From contig SFNW01000001.1 in the NCBI GenBank assembly GCA_004554105.1, positions 1-52,398 of the forward strand: DNA of 52,398 nt. Reading direction: 5' to 3'. Position 1 is the stretch's first letter. The number at the start of each line of letters is the position of its first letter. The position numbers and the translations under genes were made by a program. Shown here in pieces: positions 27,126 through 38,820 of the stretch. The DNA is from Clostridiales bacterium. Lineage in GTDB: Bacteria; Bacillota; Clostridia; Oscillospirales; CAG-272. The notes beneath the pieces are model-generated. The model saw only the letters and a list, made by a program, of their open reading frames with translations, ran no database searches and was not told the DNA's origin.

Positions 27126-27983
27126 TCAGAGAGTCAATTCACGGACGGGCTGCGCGGTATAGCCGCCCGCCTTGCGGGAAACTTTGAGCGGGTAGGGCGC
27201 GTGCCCGAAAAACAGCAGCGTACCGTTTGCCGCCGCATCGGCAAGCACGCGAAGCCGCGTGGCAAGCAGCGTTGGATTGGTCTTTGCGCCCCAGTCGGGG
27301 TGCTCGATTTGGCAAGCATGGTAGAATAAGTCGCCGCAAAACAGCACCGACTTTTCCCCGCACAGCGAAACGGCGAGGTGATGCGCCGTATGCCCCGGCG
27401 TCGGCACAAGCCTGACCGAGGAGGTCAAAGCCGCGTCGTCCGCGACGAGCCTTGCCTGTCCCGACTCTAAAATCGGCTCGACCGAATCGCGCCACACGGC
27501 AAAACCGGTCGCATCAAGACGGGGCAGAATCGCGCGAATGCGCTCGATTTCGGCGGCGGAAAAGATGTACGCCGCATTCGGAAAGGCGGGAATCCACCTG
27601 CCGTCGACAAGGCGGGTGTTCCAGCCGACATGGTCGCCGTGAAAATGTGTGCAGATAACAAAGTCAATATCTTCGGGCGGCGTCAGCGCCGACAGGCGCT
27701 CGAAAAAGTCGGTGTGCAGATTGCCCCAAATGCCGCCGATCGGCTTTTCGTTGCCGCTGCAGGCGTCAATCAAAATCCGCTTGCCGTCAGCAAAGAGCAG
27801 AAAGCTCTGCACAGGCGCAAGCACATTTCCCGAAGCGTCAACGCATTCGGGAAAATCCGCCGCGTAAGGCCGCATCGCTTCGGGCGTCATTTCACCGACA
27901 ATTTTCACAATCACACCGCCCGCATCGGTCGTTTCAACAAGCCGCGTAAAGCGCGCGTCCCCCGCTGTCCGAAATTCTGTCAT
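27126..27983 (-). CDS. MBL-fold metallo-hydrolase
   Basis: [11 protein letters not shown] (the HxHxDH motif) and PTPGHTAHH are present. The start was chosen at the ATG (MTEF...) after GGGGGAGA. The 99-codon upstream extension in the track crosses terminator hairpins and is rejected. Confidence 0.8.
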   Translation of the reverse strand: MTEFRTAGDARFTRLVETTDAGGVIVKIVGEMTPEAMRPYAADFPECVDASGNVLAPVQSFLLFADGKRILIDACSGNEKPIGGIWGNLHTDFFERLSALTPPEDIDFVICTHFHGDHVGWNTRLVDGRWIPAFPNAAYIFSAAEIERIRAILPRLDATGFAVWRDSVEPILESGQARLVADDAALTSSVRLVPTPGHTAHHLAVSLCGEKSVLFCGDLFYHACQIEHPDWGAKTNPTLLATRLRVLADAAANGTLLFFGHAPYPLKVSRKAGGYTAQPVRELTL

Positions 27984-28235
27984 ACCGTCTCCCCCGCCCC
28001 CGCCGCGCGGAAGCATTTCCTGTTTTTGCATCAGTCGGCAGATTTTCCCGTCCGAAACGCCTATGCAAAACGGGCGAATCATACCGAATATAGTATTATA
28101 ACATATTTCTTTTATCCTGTAAAGAGCAAAGCGGCGGCAAGCTGCAAAATCCCCTCGCAACAATGAGAAAACCGCCTTACGGCGGTTTTCAACCTCATCT
28201 CTTCTCTTTTCACTCTTCGCGCTTCTCTTTTCCGC

Positions 28236-28264
28236 AAAAAACCGCCCCGAAGGGCGGTTTTTTC
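28236..28264 (-). terminator. Rho-independent terminator after GH43 paralog 1
   Basis: aaaaaaccgccc-cgaa-gggcggtttttt, 7 nt beyond the stop codon. A second hairpin lies at 28166..28190. Confidence 0.8.
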
Positions 28265-28270
28265 GTTTAC

Positions 28271-30415
28271 TTATACGCAAGCTTTGAGAATATAAAGAAC
28301 ATCAAGCAGACCCGCATCGGTCGTCTGACCGCTCAGAATATCGGTGAGCAGAATCAGCGCGTCGGCAATCGTAATCGCCCCGTCGCCGTTCATGTCGCCG
28401 TAGGACGTGACCGTCACCGCGGCACTCGCGTCACCGATGCAGGCACCGTTGACATAGCCCGCAACCGTGTAGGACTTGGTGTCGCCGAGCGTGTAGGTCG
28501 TATCGACAAAGCTCGTCGTATCGCTGTAGCCGACAAGGTTGCCCTCGCCGTCGCAGATACGGTACTTGAGCGCATACTTGATTTCGGGATAGGTGAGGAC
28601 CGCGCCCGCGCTCGTAGCCGAAGCACTGACCTTACCCATCTTTGCCGGACGAATCTTCGCGTCCACGCCGAGCGTCAGCGTCGCGTTCGGCGCGGAACTG
28701 CCGAGCTGCGTCGTGTTGCGAACGCTGCCCGCAGTGACGATGCTCCAAGTGCCGCCGAGAACCGTCAGGCTGTACGCCTTATCGGTCGTCAGCGTCGAAT
28801 CGGGGCGCACAGAGGGCGAATAATACTTGTAGGGAGAGGTTGTCGCCTCGGTGTTGTACTGCCAGTAGCCGCCGACGAGAACCGGGAACTGCTCGGAGTT
28901 CGGGCGTGCCGTGCAGCTGACGCCTTCGCCGAAGACGACATTATTCTGACCGCACTCAATGACCGAAATACCGCTTGATACCGTACCGGTCGTACGGGGC
29001 TGAAGAACGATGTTGTCAAGATAGGTATCCGACTGAATCGACCAGAACTTGAAGAGAACCGGAACTGCGGAGAACTCGCCGCGAATCATGATAGGACCGT
29101 TAACCTTCGGCGAAACATAGTAAGCACTGTCGGTGGCAAAACCGTTGTCAACCGAGCTCTGCATATCGTACTTCTGACGCAGAACGATGGTACCGCCGTT
29201 CGGCAACGCTTCGTATGCCTTATTCAGCGTGCGGAAAGGCGCGGTCTTCGAGCCGTCGTTCGTGTCCAGTCCGTCATACATCGAAACATAGACGGTCGGC
29301 AGGGTTGCCAGTGCGGCAAAGTTGTCGTCAACCGTGACCGAGCGTGCCGCCGACTCACCCGTCGGTGCGACGTCCGCCGTTACGGTCGGGTGACCGACGT
29401 TGTTTACATCGCCTGCGCGCAGGACGCCGTTTTCGTCAAACCATGCCTTGTCAATGCAGATACGACGCTCCTCAACATAGGTTGCAGCAGCATCGGTCAG
29501 CAGGTCGGACGACGTGCCCGAACGGTGCGCGTGATAAACAATCATCAGCGTGCCGTCGGCAAGCTGCGTAAAGCAGTGGTGCGCCGTGCCGTAGAGGTTG
29601 TTATTGGGGTCATTGCGGTTCGGGTCGGCGGTCACGAGAACGGGATTGTTCTCGGACTTTGCGAACGTACCGAGCGGGCTGCTCGAGGTCGCATAGTGAA
29701 CCCGATAGCTCGGAGAACTGTAGCCCATGACCGAATAGGTCAGATAGTAGGTGCCGTTATGCTTCAGCATTTCGGGACCTTCGTTGACGTTCCATTCGCC
29801 GCTGCCATACTGAATCAGCAGCTGGGGACCCGAAACGAACGTGCAGGTGTCGAGGTCAAACTCGCCGCCCCAGATGTTGTTGCCGGTCGTGACCGAGTCG
29901 CCGTTCAGCGTCCACGCGCCGCACGAGACAAAGTAGAGATAAATCTTGCCGTCGTCGTCGCGGAAGAGGTGACCGTCGATCGCCTTGTTCTCAAACAGTC
30001 TGCCGCTCTTATCCTTGAAGGGGCCGAGCGGGCTGTCGGACGTTGCGATGCCGAGATGCTCCTGCGCGGTGTAGACCATGTAGTAGGTGTCGCCGTCCTT
30101 AAAGACTTCGGGCGCCCACAGGCCTGCGTAAGCGGTAGAGTCAACGAGCGGCACGTCGGTCTTGCGCAGCGCGTAGCCCTGCGCCTTCCAGTCGACGAGG
30201 TTGTCCGACGTGTAGACGATGTAGCCCCAGCTGCCGTCGTTGGTAGCATACAGATAATATGTGCCGTTGTCATAAAGGACGAACGGGTCTGCGCCGTTGA
30301 CAACGGGGTTCGTGAACGTATCGTTATACGTAATCACGGTCTCCGCCGAAGCGCCGACGACGCATGCCGCGCAAAGCAGTGCGGCAATCAGCAAAAACAA
30401 GTAGCATTTTTTCAT
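28271..30415 (-). CDS. Secreted multidomain glycoside hydrolase family 43 protein with a C-terminal dockerin-like Ca-binding repeat (paralog 1)
   Basis: Signal peptide MKKCYLFLLIAALLCAACVVGASA. GH43 hallmarks: NGADPFVLYD, GLWAPEVF, NEGPEMLKHNGTYYLTYS. The central region has a beta-helix-type cap (DGLDTNDGSKTAPFRTLNKAYEALPNGGTIVL). The C-terminus carries GDMNGDGAITIADALILL. Confidence 0.85.
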   Translation of the reverse strand: MKKCYLFLLIAALLCAACVVGASAETVITYNDTFTNPVVNGADPFVLYDNGTYYLYATNDGSWGYIVYTSDNLVDWKAQGYALRKTDVPLVDSTAYAGLWAPEVFKDGDTYYMVYTAQEHLGIATSDSPLGPFKDKSGRLFENKAIDGHLFRDDDGKIYLYFVSCGAWTLNGDSVTTGNNIWGGEFDLDTCTFVSGPQLLIQYGSGEWNVNEGPEMLKHNGTYYLTYSVMGYSSPSYRVHYATSSSPLGTFAKSENNPVLVTADPNRNDPNNNLYGTAHHCFTQLADGTLMIVYHAHRSGTSSDLLTDAAATYVEERRICIDKAWFDENGVLRAGDVNNVGHPTVTADVAPTGESAARSVTVDDNFAALATLPTVYVSMYDGLDTNDGSKTAPFRTLNKAYEALPNGGTIVLRQKYDMQSSVDNGFATDSAYYVSPKVNGPIMIRGEFSAVPVLFKFWSIQSDTYLDNIVLQPRTTGTVSSGISVIECGQNNVVFGEGVSCTARPNSEQFPVLVGGYWQYNTEATTSPYKYYSPSVRPDSTLTTDKAYSLTVLGGTWSIVTAGSVRNTTQLGSSAPNATLTLGVDAKIRPAKMGKVSASATSAGAVLTYPEIKYALKYRICDGEGNLVGYSDTTSFVDTTYTLGDTKSYTVAGYVNGACIGDASAAVTVTSYGDMNGDGAITIADALILLTDILSGQTTDAGLLDVLYILKACV

Positions 30416-30652
30416 AAAACTGTCCCTCCTGCGCGATCTCTCCACCGCGCGCAATTTACAAGAGAAGTGTAACAATTTTTACGGATAAAGTCAAGCGAAA
30501 TCAAAGTTTTTTGTAAAATCCGTAGAATTTTGGGATAACTTTTGCCAAAAGAGGTGTGTTTTTTTGCTTCTCGCCCGCCGCCGCTTCTCCGAAAAAGCAA
30601 ACGGAAAAGGAGACGGAAACGCCGTCCGCGGTTCCGTCTCCCCGTGGCTTTT

Positions 30653-32806
30653 TCAGTTTTCCGTGCAGGCAAGTGCCGTCAGAACGGCGCACGCGCCGTC
30701 AACCGTTGCCCCCTGCTTGCCGTCCCGTACATCGGCGAGCAGCGTCAGCGCGTCGCGCAGCGTGAGCCTGCGGTCGCCGTCAAGGTCGCCGATTACGGCT
30801 TTGCCCGCAGTCAGCTTGTCGCCCATGCAGGCACCGTCGCGGTAAGCTGTTACCGTATAGGTCACGGACGTGCCCGGCGTGCGGCCGGTATCGGTAAAGC
30901 TCGTCGTGTCGCTGTAGCCGATGAGGTTGTCCTCGCCGTCGCAAATGCGGTAGGTCTGTGCATTCTCCGCGGCGGAGTAAGTAATCACCGCGCCGTCAGC
31001 CGTCGGCGTTATCTTGGCAGACGAGACTTTGCCGGGGCGAATCGCCGCGCCCTCTCCCAGCGTGAGCTTCGCGTTCGGCGCAGAGGCGTCAAGCGGCGTC
31101 GTGTGCTTCATGCTGCCCGGCACAACGGCGTCCCATGTGCCGCCGAGAACAGTCAGGCTGTACGCCTTATCGGTCGTCAGCATCGAATCGGGACGCGCCG
31201 ACGCCGTGTAATACTTGTAGGGCGAGGTCGTCGACTCCGCGCCGTACTGCCAGCAGCCGCCGACAAGCGTCGGGAACTGCGCGCTGTTCGGGCGTGCCGT
31301 GCAGCTGACGCCCTCGCCGATGACGATATTGTTCTGCCCGCATTCGATAAACGCGTTGCCGCCCGCGAGACTGCCGGTCAGGCGGGGCTGCAAAACGATG
31401 TTGTCAAGATAGGTATCCGACTGAATCGTCCAGAATTTGAACAGCACCGGCACGGCGGAAAATTCGCCGCGAATCAGGATAGGGCCGTCAACCTTGGGCG
31501 AGACATAGTACGCATTGTCGGTGGCAAGACCGTACTTTTTCGACTGTGCGCTCTGCATATCGTACTTCTGCCGCAGAACAATCGTGCCCCCCTTCGGCAG
31601 CGCGGCATAAGCCGCGTCCAGCGTGCGGAAAGGCGAGAGCTTTGAGCCGTCGTTCGTGTCCAGTCCGTCGTACATCGAGACATAAACGGTCGGCAAGGTC
31701 GCCAGCGCGGCGAAGTTGCCGTCGAGCGTGACGGTTTTTGCCGCAGACGCGCCTGTGGGCGCGACGTCCGCCGTTACGGTCGGGTGTCCGGGATTGTTCA
31801 CGTCGCCGGCACGCAGAACGCCGTCCTCGTCAAACCAGGCGCGGTCAATGCAGACGCGGCGCTCCTCCACAAAACTGAGACCGAGACTCCTGCCCGCGGC
31901 CACCAGAATTTCGGACGACCTGCCCGAGCGATGCGCGTGGTAAACAATCATCAAATCGCCGTTCGGCGCGGTGGTGAAGCAGTGGTGTCCCGTGCCGTAC
32001 AGATTGGCGTCGGGGTCGGTGCGCCCGGGGTCTGCGGTCACAAGCACCGTGTTGTCGGCAGGCTTGACAAAGGTTCCTATCGGGTCACCCGAGGTCGCAT
32101 AATGCACCGAATAGGTCGTAGAGCCGTAGCCCTGCACCGAAAAGGTCAGGTAGTACGTCCCGTTATGCTTGAGCATCTCCGGTCCCTCATTGACCAGCCA
32201 CTCGCCCTCCTCCCATTCCACCAGCAGATTGGGACCCGATACAAATTGAAAGGTCGCGAGGTCAAACTCGCCGCCCCAGATATTGTTCTGGTGTTTGGCG
32301 GTAAAGCCGTTGTAGCTCCAGTCGCCGGTCGAGACGAAGTAGAGATAAACCTTGCCGTCGTCGTCGAGGAAAAAGTGACCGTCGATGGTCTTGATTTCTT
32401 CAAGCAGCCGTCCGCTCCGGTCGATAAAGGGACCGAGCGGGCTGTCCGCCGTCGCAATACCGATATGCTCTTGCGCGGTATAGACCATGTAATAGGTGTC
32501 GCCGTATTTGAAGACCTCGGGCGCCCACAGGCCGCCTGCGGCGGCGCCGTTCTTTTTCAGCGCGTAGCCGCGCGCCTTCCAGTTGACGAGGTCGTCCGAC
32601 GTGTAGACGATATAGCCGTAGTTGCCGTCGTTTGTGGCATAGAGGTAGTAAGTCCCGCCGTCATAGAGGACAAACGGGTCTGCGCCGTTCGCTACGGGAT
32701 TGGTGAACGCCTCGGTATAGGTGAGCGTCGTCTGCGCCGAGGCGCCGACGGCAAACACCGCGCAAAACAGGGCGGCGCAAAGCAAAAGAACTGTGCGTTT
32801 TTTCAT
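30653..32806 (-). CDS. Secreted multidomain GH43 protein, paralog 2 (same architecture)
   Basis: Signal peptide MKKRTVLLLCAALFCAVFAVGASA. It looks roughly 70% identical to paralog 1 by eye, with long identical DNA runs. The C-terminus carries GDLDGDRRLTLRDALTLL. Confidence 0.85.
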   Translation of the reverse strand: MKKRTVLLLCAALFCAVFAVGASAQTTLTYTEAFTNPVANGADPFVLYDGGTYYLYATNDGNYGYIVYTSDDLVNWKARGYALKKNGAAAGGLWAPEVFKYGDTYYMVYTAQEHIGIATADSPLGPFIDRSGRLLEEIKTIDGHFFLDDDGKVYLYFVSTGDWSYNGFTAKHQNNIWGGEFDLATFQFVSGPNLLVEWEEGEWLVNEGPEMLKHNGTYYLTFSVQGYGSTTYSVHYATSGDPIGTFVKPADNTVLVTADPGRTDPDANLYGTGHHCFTTAPNGDLMIVYHAHRSGRSSEILVAAGRSLGLSFVEERRVCIDRAWFDEDGVLRAGDVNNPGHPTVTADVAPTGASAAKTVTLDGNFAALATLPTVYVSMYDGLDTNDGSKLSPFRTLDAAYAALPKGGTIVLRQKYDMQSAQSKKYGLATDNAYYVSPKVDGPILIRGEFSAVPVLFKFWTIQSDTYLDNIVLQPRLTGSLAGGNAFIECGQNNIVIGEGVSCTARPNSAQFPTLVGGCWQYGAESTTSPYKYYTASARPDSMLTTDKAYSLTVLGGTWDAVVPGSMKHTTPLDASAPNAKLTLGEGAAIRPGKVSSAKITPTADGAVITYSAAENAQTYRICDGEDNLIGYSDTTSFTDTGRTPGTSVTYTVTAYRDGACMGDKLTAGKAVIGDLDGDRRLTLRDALTLLADVRDGKQGATVDGACAVLTALACTEN

Positions 32807-32852
32807 TTTTCTTTCCTCCGCGGCAAACTGCCGCACGGTTTGTCCCGTAGGC

Positions 32853-33641
32853 TCAGCCCGCCTCGGTCGTCGTCTCGGACGTCGTCTCGGGCTCGGTCAC
32901 AACCTCGGTATCTGCCGTCACCGTCTCTGCGGGCGCGACCTTTTCGGTGCCGAGCAGTGTTACCATGCGGTCGGCGAGAATCGCAAGGTCACTGCACCGC
33001 ATATCTTCGCCCTTGCTGCCGGTCAGCCCGTCGAGCAGTCCGTTTTGCTCGGCGCAGTAGAGATATGCGCTCGACCAATCCTCGGGGTCTATCCACAGTT
33101 CGTCGTCCATGCCGACCATGCAGACAAAGACCTTGATCGCGTCCTCAAACTTCACCACCGAATCGGGGTTGAAGTTCCCGCTTTTGTCGCCGTCCATGAT
33201 GCCGTTCTGCGCAGCATAATTGATATAGCCGCTCGCCCAATAGTCTCCCGGCACGTCGGCAAACGACGTCTCGCCCTTCAGTGCCGCCGCCTCCTCGAGT
33301 GCGCCCGATACATCGCAGACAATCGCCGCAAGGCGCGCACGCGTAAACTTGGCGTTGGGGTTGAAATTTGCGGGGAGAAGCCCGCGCTCGGTCATGCGGC
33401 GCACTGCCCCGTCATAGATGGATTCGGTCGTCTCCGCCGTCTCCTCTGTCGGCTCGGTCGTTTGCGCCGATTGCACCGGGTCGGTCGGTATATAGCCGCC
33501 GAGCGACTCGGACACCAGATTCCCGTCATTGTACTTCCGCATACCGTGTTCAATCTGAGAGAGCGGGGCAGAATAGGCAAATGCCGCCACCACCAGCACA
33601 ATGATCAGCAATGCAAGAATCCCTGTCAAAATCTGTCTCAT
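32853..33641 (-). CDS. Membrane-anchored SLH-domain protein
   Basis: The ATG at 33641 lies 6 nt after AAGGAGA. It has an N-terminal TM helix (ILTGILALLIIVLVVAAF) and an SLH-like segment (FADVPGDYWASGYINYAAQNGIMDGDKSGNFNPDSVVKFEDA). Confidence 0.75.
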   Translation of the reverse strand: MRQILTGILALLIIVLVVAAFAYSAPLSQIEHGMRKYNDGNLVSESLGGYIPTDPVQSAQTTEPTEETAETTESIYDGAVRRMTERGLLPANFNPNAKFTRARLAAIVCDVSGALEEAAALKGETSFADVPGDYWASGYINYAAQNGIMDGDKSGNFNPDSVVKFEDAIKVFVCMVGMDDELWIDPEDWSSAYLYCAEQNGLLDGLTGSKGEDMRCSDLAILADRMVTLLGTEKVAPAETVTADTEVVTEPETTSETTTEAG

Positions 33642-33703
33642 TCGTCTTCTCCTTTTCGCTTTTGCAGGCAAAAGCGTCCTTTCTTTTTCTCTTTCCGCTT
33701 ACG

Positions 33704-34510
33704 TTAAATTGCGATGACCGCCGTCATTGTACCGCGCTTTTCGCCCATGCGGCGGTGCGAATAAAACAAATCGGCGTTTTCGTAGGTGCAGAGCGTGCAG
33801 ACATCAATGTGTTCGGGGAGCAGCCCCGCGCGCAGCAGCAGCGTTTCGTTGACCGCGCCGAGCCCGCAGAGGAATTTCCCCTCTTCGGCGGCGGGACGCA
33901 GGTGGCGCAGGGTCAATGCCTTTTCGCCGACAACGTCGAGCACCGCGCGGGCGACCTCCTCGCCGACCTCATAGTTTGCCATCGAGATGTGCGGTCCGAT
34001 TGCCGCGCGAATGTCCTCCGCGCACGCGCCGAGATAGCACATTTTTTTGACGGTCTTGCCGACAATGTCGCCGACCGTGCCGCGCCAGCCCGCATGAACG
34101 GCGGCAATCACCTTTGCGCCCGGGTCGGCAAGCAGAATCGGCACGCAGTCCGCGATGCGGACGCCGAGCGCCGTCCCCGCCGAATCGGTGACGAGCGCGT
34201 CGCACTCAAAGGTCGGCGGCGTGTAAATGCCGTGTCCGCCCATCGTGCGGTCGACGACGCGCACCTCGGTCGAGTGAATCTGCGGCATCACCACGAGCGT
34301 GTGCGGGTCGACGGCGATTGCCTCGCAGAACCGTTCTATATTCTTCTGCACGATAATATCCTTGTCCCCGCGGTAAAAGCCGGTGTTGAGCGTCGCCGTG
34401 TGCGGCGTCTTCGACAGTCCGCCGAGACGGGTGGAAAAGCCGTGACGCACCGGGTAAAGCCCCTCGGAGTAAAAGTAGGTCACGCCGTTATAATCCGTGC
34501 GTTTCTGCAT
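33704..34510 (-). CDS. pgeF: Peptidoglycan editing factor PgeF / YfiH (DUF152, laccase-domain) family protein
   Basis: VRHGFSTRLGG, QIHS, DALVT, ADCVPIL and AVHAGWRG are present. 268 aa. Confidence 0.9.
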   Translation of the reverse strand: MQKRTDYNGVTYFYSEGLYPVRHGFSTRLGGLSKTPHTATLNTGFYRGDKDIIVQKNIERFCEAIAVDPHTLVVMPQIHSTEVRVVDRTMGGHGIYTPPTFECDALVTDSAGTALGVRIADCVPILLADPGAKVIAAVHAGWRGTVGDIVGKTVKKMCYLGACAEDIRAAIGPHISMANYEVGEEVARAVLDVVGEKALTLRHLRPAAEEGKFLCGLGAVNETLLLRAGLLPEHIDVCTLCTYENADLFYSHRRMGEKRGTMTAVIAI

Positions 34511-34584
34511 ATTGAAAACGTGTCATTCCTTTCGCGAAAATCAGGTTTGTTTCCCTCTCTCGGGGAATTCTGCGAATGCCGACG

Positions 34585-34655
34585 GCGGGCGGATATGGAA
34601 TCCGCCCCTACGATTTGCGCGCATATACGGCGTAGGGCGGGGGCTTGCTCCCGCC
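34585..34655. repeat. Structured ~72-nt repeat, family C (copy 1)
   Basis: The flanks gcgggcggatatggaatccgcccctacg and cgtagggcgggggcttgctcccgcc are identical to those at 43248..43320. The centre differs. Confidence 0.85.
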
Positions 34656-34680
34656 GTCTCCTGCCGGTCCATCTCACATT

Positions 34681-35581
34681 CTATTCCAATCTGAACTGCT
34701 TGATCGGCTTTATCGCGCTGCCGTCCGCGTAGTCCCGCACCTCGCCGAGGGCGAAGAAGCCGTCCGCGTCCGCAAGCGCCACGCGCGTACCGGCGGCAAA
34801 CGCCGTGCCGATTTTTTTCTGATAAATTTCACAGCCGCTCTTTGCCAGCCGCGCAAAAAAGGGTGCAAGCGTCACGCAGGCAAGGTCGCCGAACGCTTCT
34901 TCAAGCGGCAGAAGCAGCGCGGCGCGCGCGTCTGCGTCCAGTCCCTCGAGTTCTTCAAGCGTATGGCTTCCCGCGAGCGAAAAGCAGCCGCTTTCGGTTC
35001 GGCGCAGCGCGGTCATCACCGCCCCGCAGCCGAGCCGTGCGCCGATTTCCTCAATCACGGTGCGCACATAAGTGCCCTTCGACACGCGCAGCGAAAGCGC
35101 GTATTCGCCGTCCGCGGCGGGTGAGGCGGCAATCTCATAAATCTCAATCTCGCGCGGGGGGACTTCGACGGTCTGTCCCGCGCGGGCATAATCGAGCAGT
35201 TTTTTGCCGCCGATTTTCACCGCGCTGGTCATCGGCGGGGTTTGCAGCTGCCTGCCGCGCATCGACGCGGCGGCGGCAAGCACCGCGTCCGCCGTCGGCA
35301 GCGGTGCACCGGTCTCGGTTAACTGTCCCGTCACGTCGCCGCTGTCGCTGACAACGCCGAGGCGAAAGCGTGCCTCGTACGCCTTGTCGTGCGCGGTCAG
35401 GTATTCGGACGCCTTGACCGCCCTGCCGCACAGCACCGGCAGAACGCCGGTGGCAAGCGGGTCGAGCGTGCCGGTGTGTCCGACCTGCCGCGTGCCGTAC
35501 AGGCGGCGAACGCGGTTGACAACGTCGTGCGAGGTCATGCCCGTCGGCTTATCGACGACGAGAATGCCGCAGGGGGATTCG

Positions 35582-35589
<8 letters not shown>
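34681..35589 (-). CDS. truB: tRNA pseudouridine(55) synthase
   Basis: GILVVDKPTGMTSHDVV and GHTGTLDPLATGVLPV are present. The start is ambiguous between the ATG at 35589 and the TTG at 35613. Confidence 0.93.
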
Positions 35590-37378
<1,789 letters not shown>

Positions 37379-37413
37379 GTCTGTTCTCCTTATATCGAGT
37401 CCGTGTTTTTATT

Positions 37414-38820
37414 TTAATTCTGTGCCGCCGCGAGTCGCTTTTCGACGATCGACAGCGCCTTTTCACAGAGGGTCTTCCGTTTATAATACTCCATTTCGAG
37501 CCGCGCCGTGCCGTTCTTCGCCACCGAAGAAAGCCAGCCGGGCAGGTCTCCGTAGCCGTAGAGGTTTGCCGACTCGCACGCCGCGCCGTCGAAAATCAGG
37601 CGCAGGACCGCGCCGTCGTCCGCGTCGCCGCCGTCAATCTGCTCGCGCATGAGCGGCTCGACATACCCGTAAGACAAGAACGCCATGCGTTCGACGAGGT
37701 ATTCCGCCTTGCCCGCCGACGGGACGCCCGCGGGAATCGCCGTCATCGGCGTGCCGCCAAGGTCGATGTAGGAGCGGTATGCGTCGCTCGCGGCGGCTTT
37801 CGGCAGCGGCAGAATGCCGAGCGTGCCGCCGTCGCCGCGATTTTGCAGATCCGAGAGCTTCATCAGCGTAAAGAGCGCTTCGCCGCGTTCAAAGGCGGCG
37901 GTGCTGTCGGTGACGCTCGCCTCGCCGTAAAACGCAAGCACGCTCGCGAGTTTTTCGGCAAAGGTCTCGTATTCGACCGCCGTCCCGCTTCCTGCGTCGA
38001 TAAAGTCGCCGCCCGCGCCGAAATACAGCGCAAAAACGTCGTCTGCGTCAAATGCAAAACCGTAGGATACCGGCTTCTCGCCGTCGGTTACCGCGGCGGC
38101 GGTCTGTTCCGCGCCCGATGCGCGGGACGCCGAAAGCAGATATTCGAGCGTGAACGCTCCTTCGAGCGCGACCGCCGTCATCGCCGCGCTCTCGTTGACG
38201 CCCGTTCCGCCGTCCTCGAGCGCGCGGCGGTAAACCACCGCGACTGCGCCGAGGCGCGCGTCGACCGCCGAGGACGAAATCAGGTAGCGTCTGCCGCCGA
38301 CCGCCAGCTCGTCCATGACCTTTCGGTCAAACCACGGCTCGTCCGTGCGGAGATACGCGCTGTCGGTCACGTCGTGCAGCGACGCCGAGGCGAGCAGCTT
38401 TGACAGGCTGCCGCCCGCGTCGGCGGTGTATAGATTGTAGGTATATGCGCCCGAAAGCAGGTCGGCTTTCGCCGCCGCGAGAAAGTCGGACACCGCCGAT
38501 TCGACTAAAACCGCGCCGGTCTCTTCTTCGAGATGGCGGTCACGCGCGTATACGCGGTGCGAAAGCGCGGTTGTACCGGTCTCGTCGGCGAGGAAAAATT
38601 TCTCCGCCCGCGCATCGCACAGCGTATGCAGGACAAACCCCTCGGTGTCCGGCACGTCAAAGGCGACAAGCGCGCCGCTTTTCAGTGCCGCCCGCGCACC
38701 GTTGATTTCGTCGATGTTGTTCTTGTCGACGCGGGAGACGGCAAGCAGGATCGCGGCGCCGCCGAGAAGCCCGACAAGGACCGCGCAGAGCAGCCACAGA
38801 TAATTTCTTCGGGTTTTGAT
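37414..38820 (-). CDS. Membrane-anchored protein of unknown function; probable non-canonical ATC start
   Basis: Track ORF 37414..38655 starts at a GTG. The same frame is open for 55 more codons back to the alr stop codon. That extension encodes IKTRRN-YLWLLCAVLVGLLGGAAILLAV, a signal-anchor. AGGAGA lies 6 nt upstream of the ATC at 38820. The extension contains no ATG, GTG or TTG. Confidence 0.6.
   Translation of the reverse strand: MKTRRNYLWLLCAVLVGLLGGAAILLAVSRVDKNNIDEINGARAALKSGALVAFDVPDTEGFVLHTLCDARAEKFFLADETGTTALSHRVYARDRHLEEETGAVLVESAVSDFLAAAKADLLSGAYTYNLYTADAGGSLSKLLASASLHDVTDSAYLRTDEPWFDRKVMDELAVGGRRYLISSSAVDARLGAVAVVYRRALEDGGTGVNESAAMTAVALEGAFTLEYLLSASRASGAEQTAAAVTDGEKPVSYGFAFDADDVFALYFGAGGDFIDAGSGTAVEYETFAEKLASVLAFYGEASVTDSTAAFERGEALFTLMKLSDLQNRGDGGTLGILPLPKAAASDAYRSYIDLGGTPMTAIPAGVPSAGKAEYLVERMAFLSYGYVEPLMREQIDGGDADDGAVLRLIFDGAACESANLYGYGDLPGWLSSVAKNGTARLEMEYYKRKTLCEKALSIVEKRLAAAQN

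Noticed and set aside
27984-28160. LexA/DinR SOS box (GAAC-N4-GTTC type) upstream of the MBL-uvrB-uvrA unit
   Set aside because: Scanning by eye found only a poor match (cgaatatagtattat, two or more core mismatches). There is no convincing box, so none is reported.
27984-28280. 99-codon N-terminal extension of the MBL hydrolase ORF
   Set aside because: The extension runs through two terminator hairpins and an AT-rich promoter-like stretch. A proper SD plus ATG occurs at 27983, just before the conserved domain.
28271-32806. Cellulosome interpretation of the dockerin-like repeats
   Set aside because: Only a single repeat is present per protein and no cohesin or scaffoldin is visible in the window. 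It is kept only as a hypothesis about non-canonical anchoring.
37379-37413. T-box leader upstream of aspS
   Set aside because: The previous gene and the aspS ATG are only 35 nt apart, which is far too short for a T-box. aspS is evidently co-transcribed with the upstream genes.
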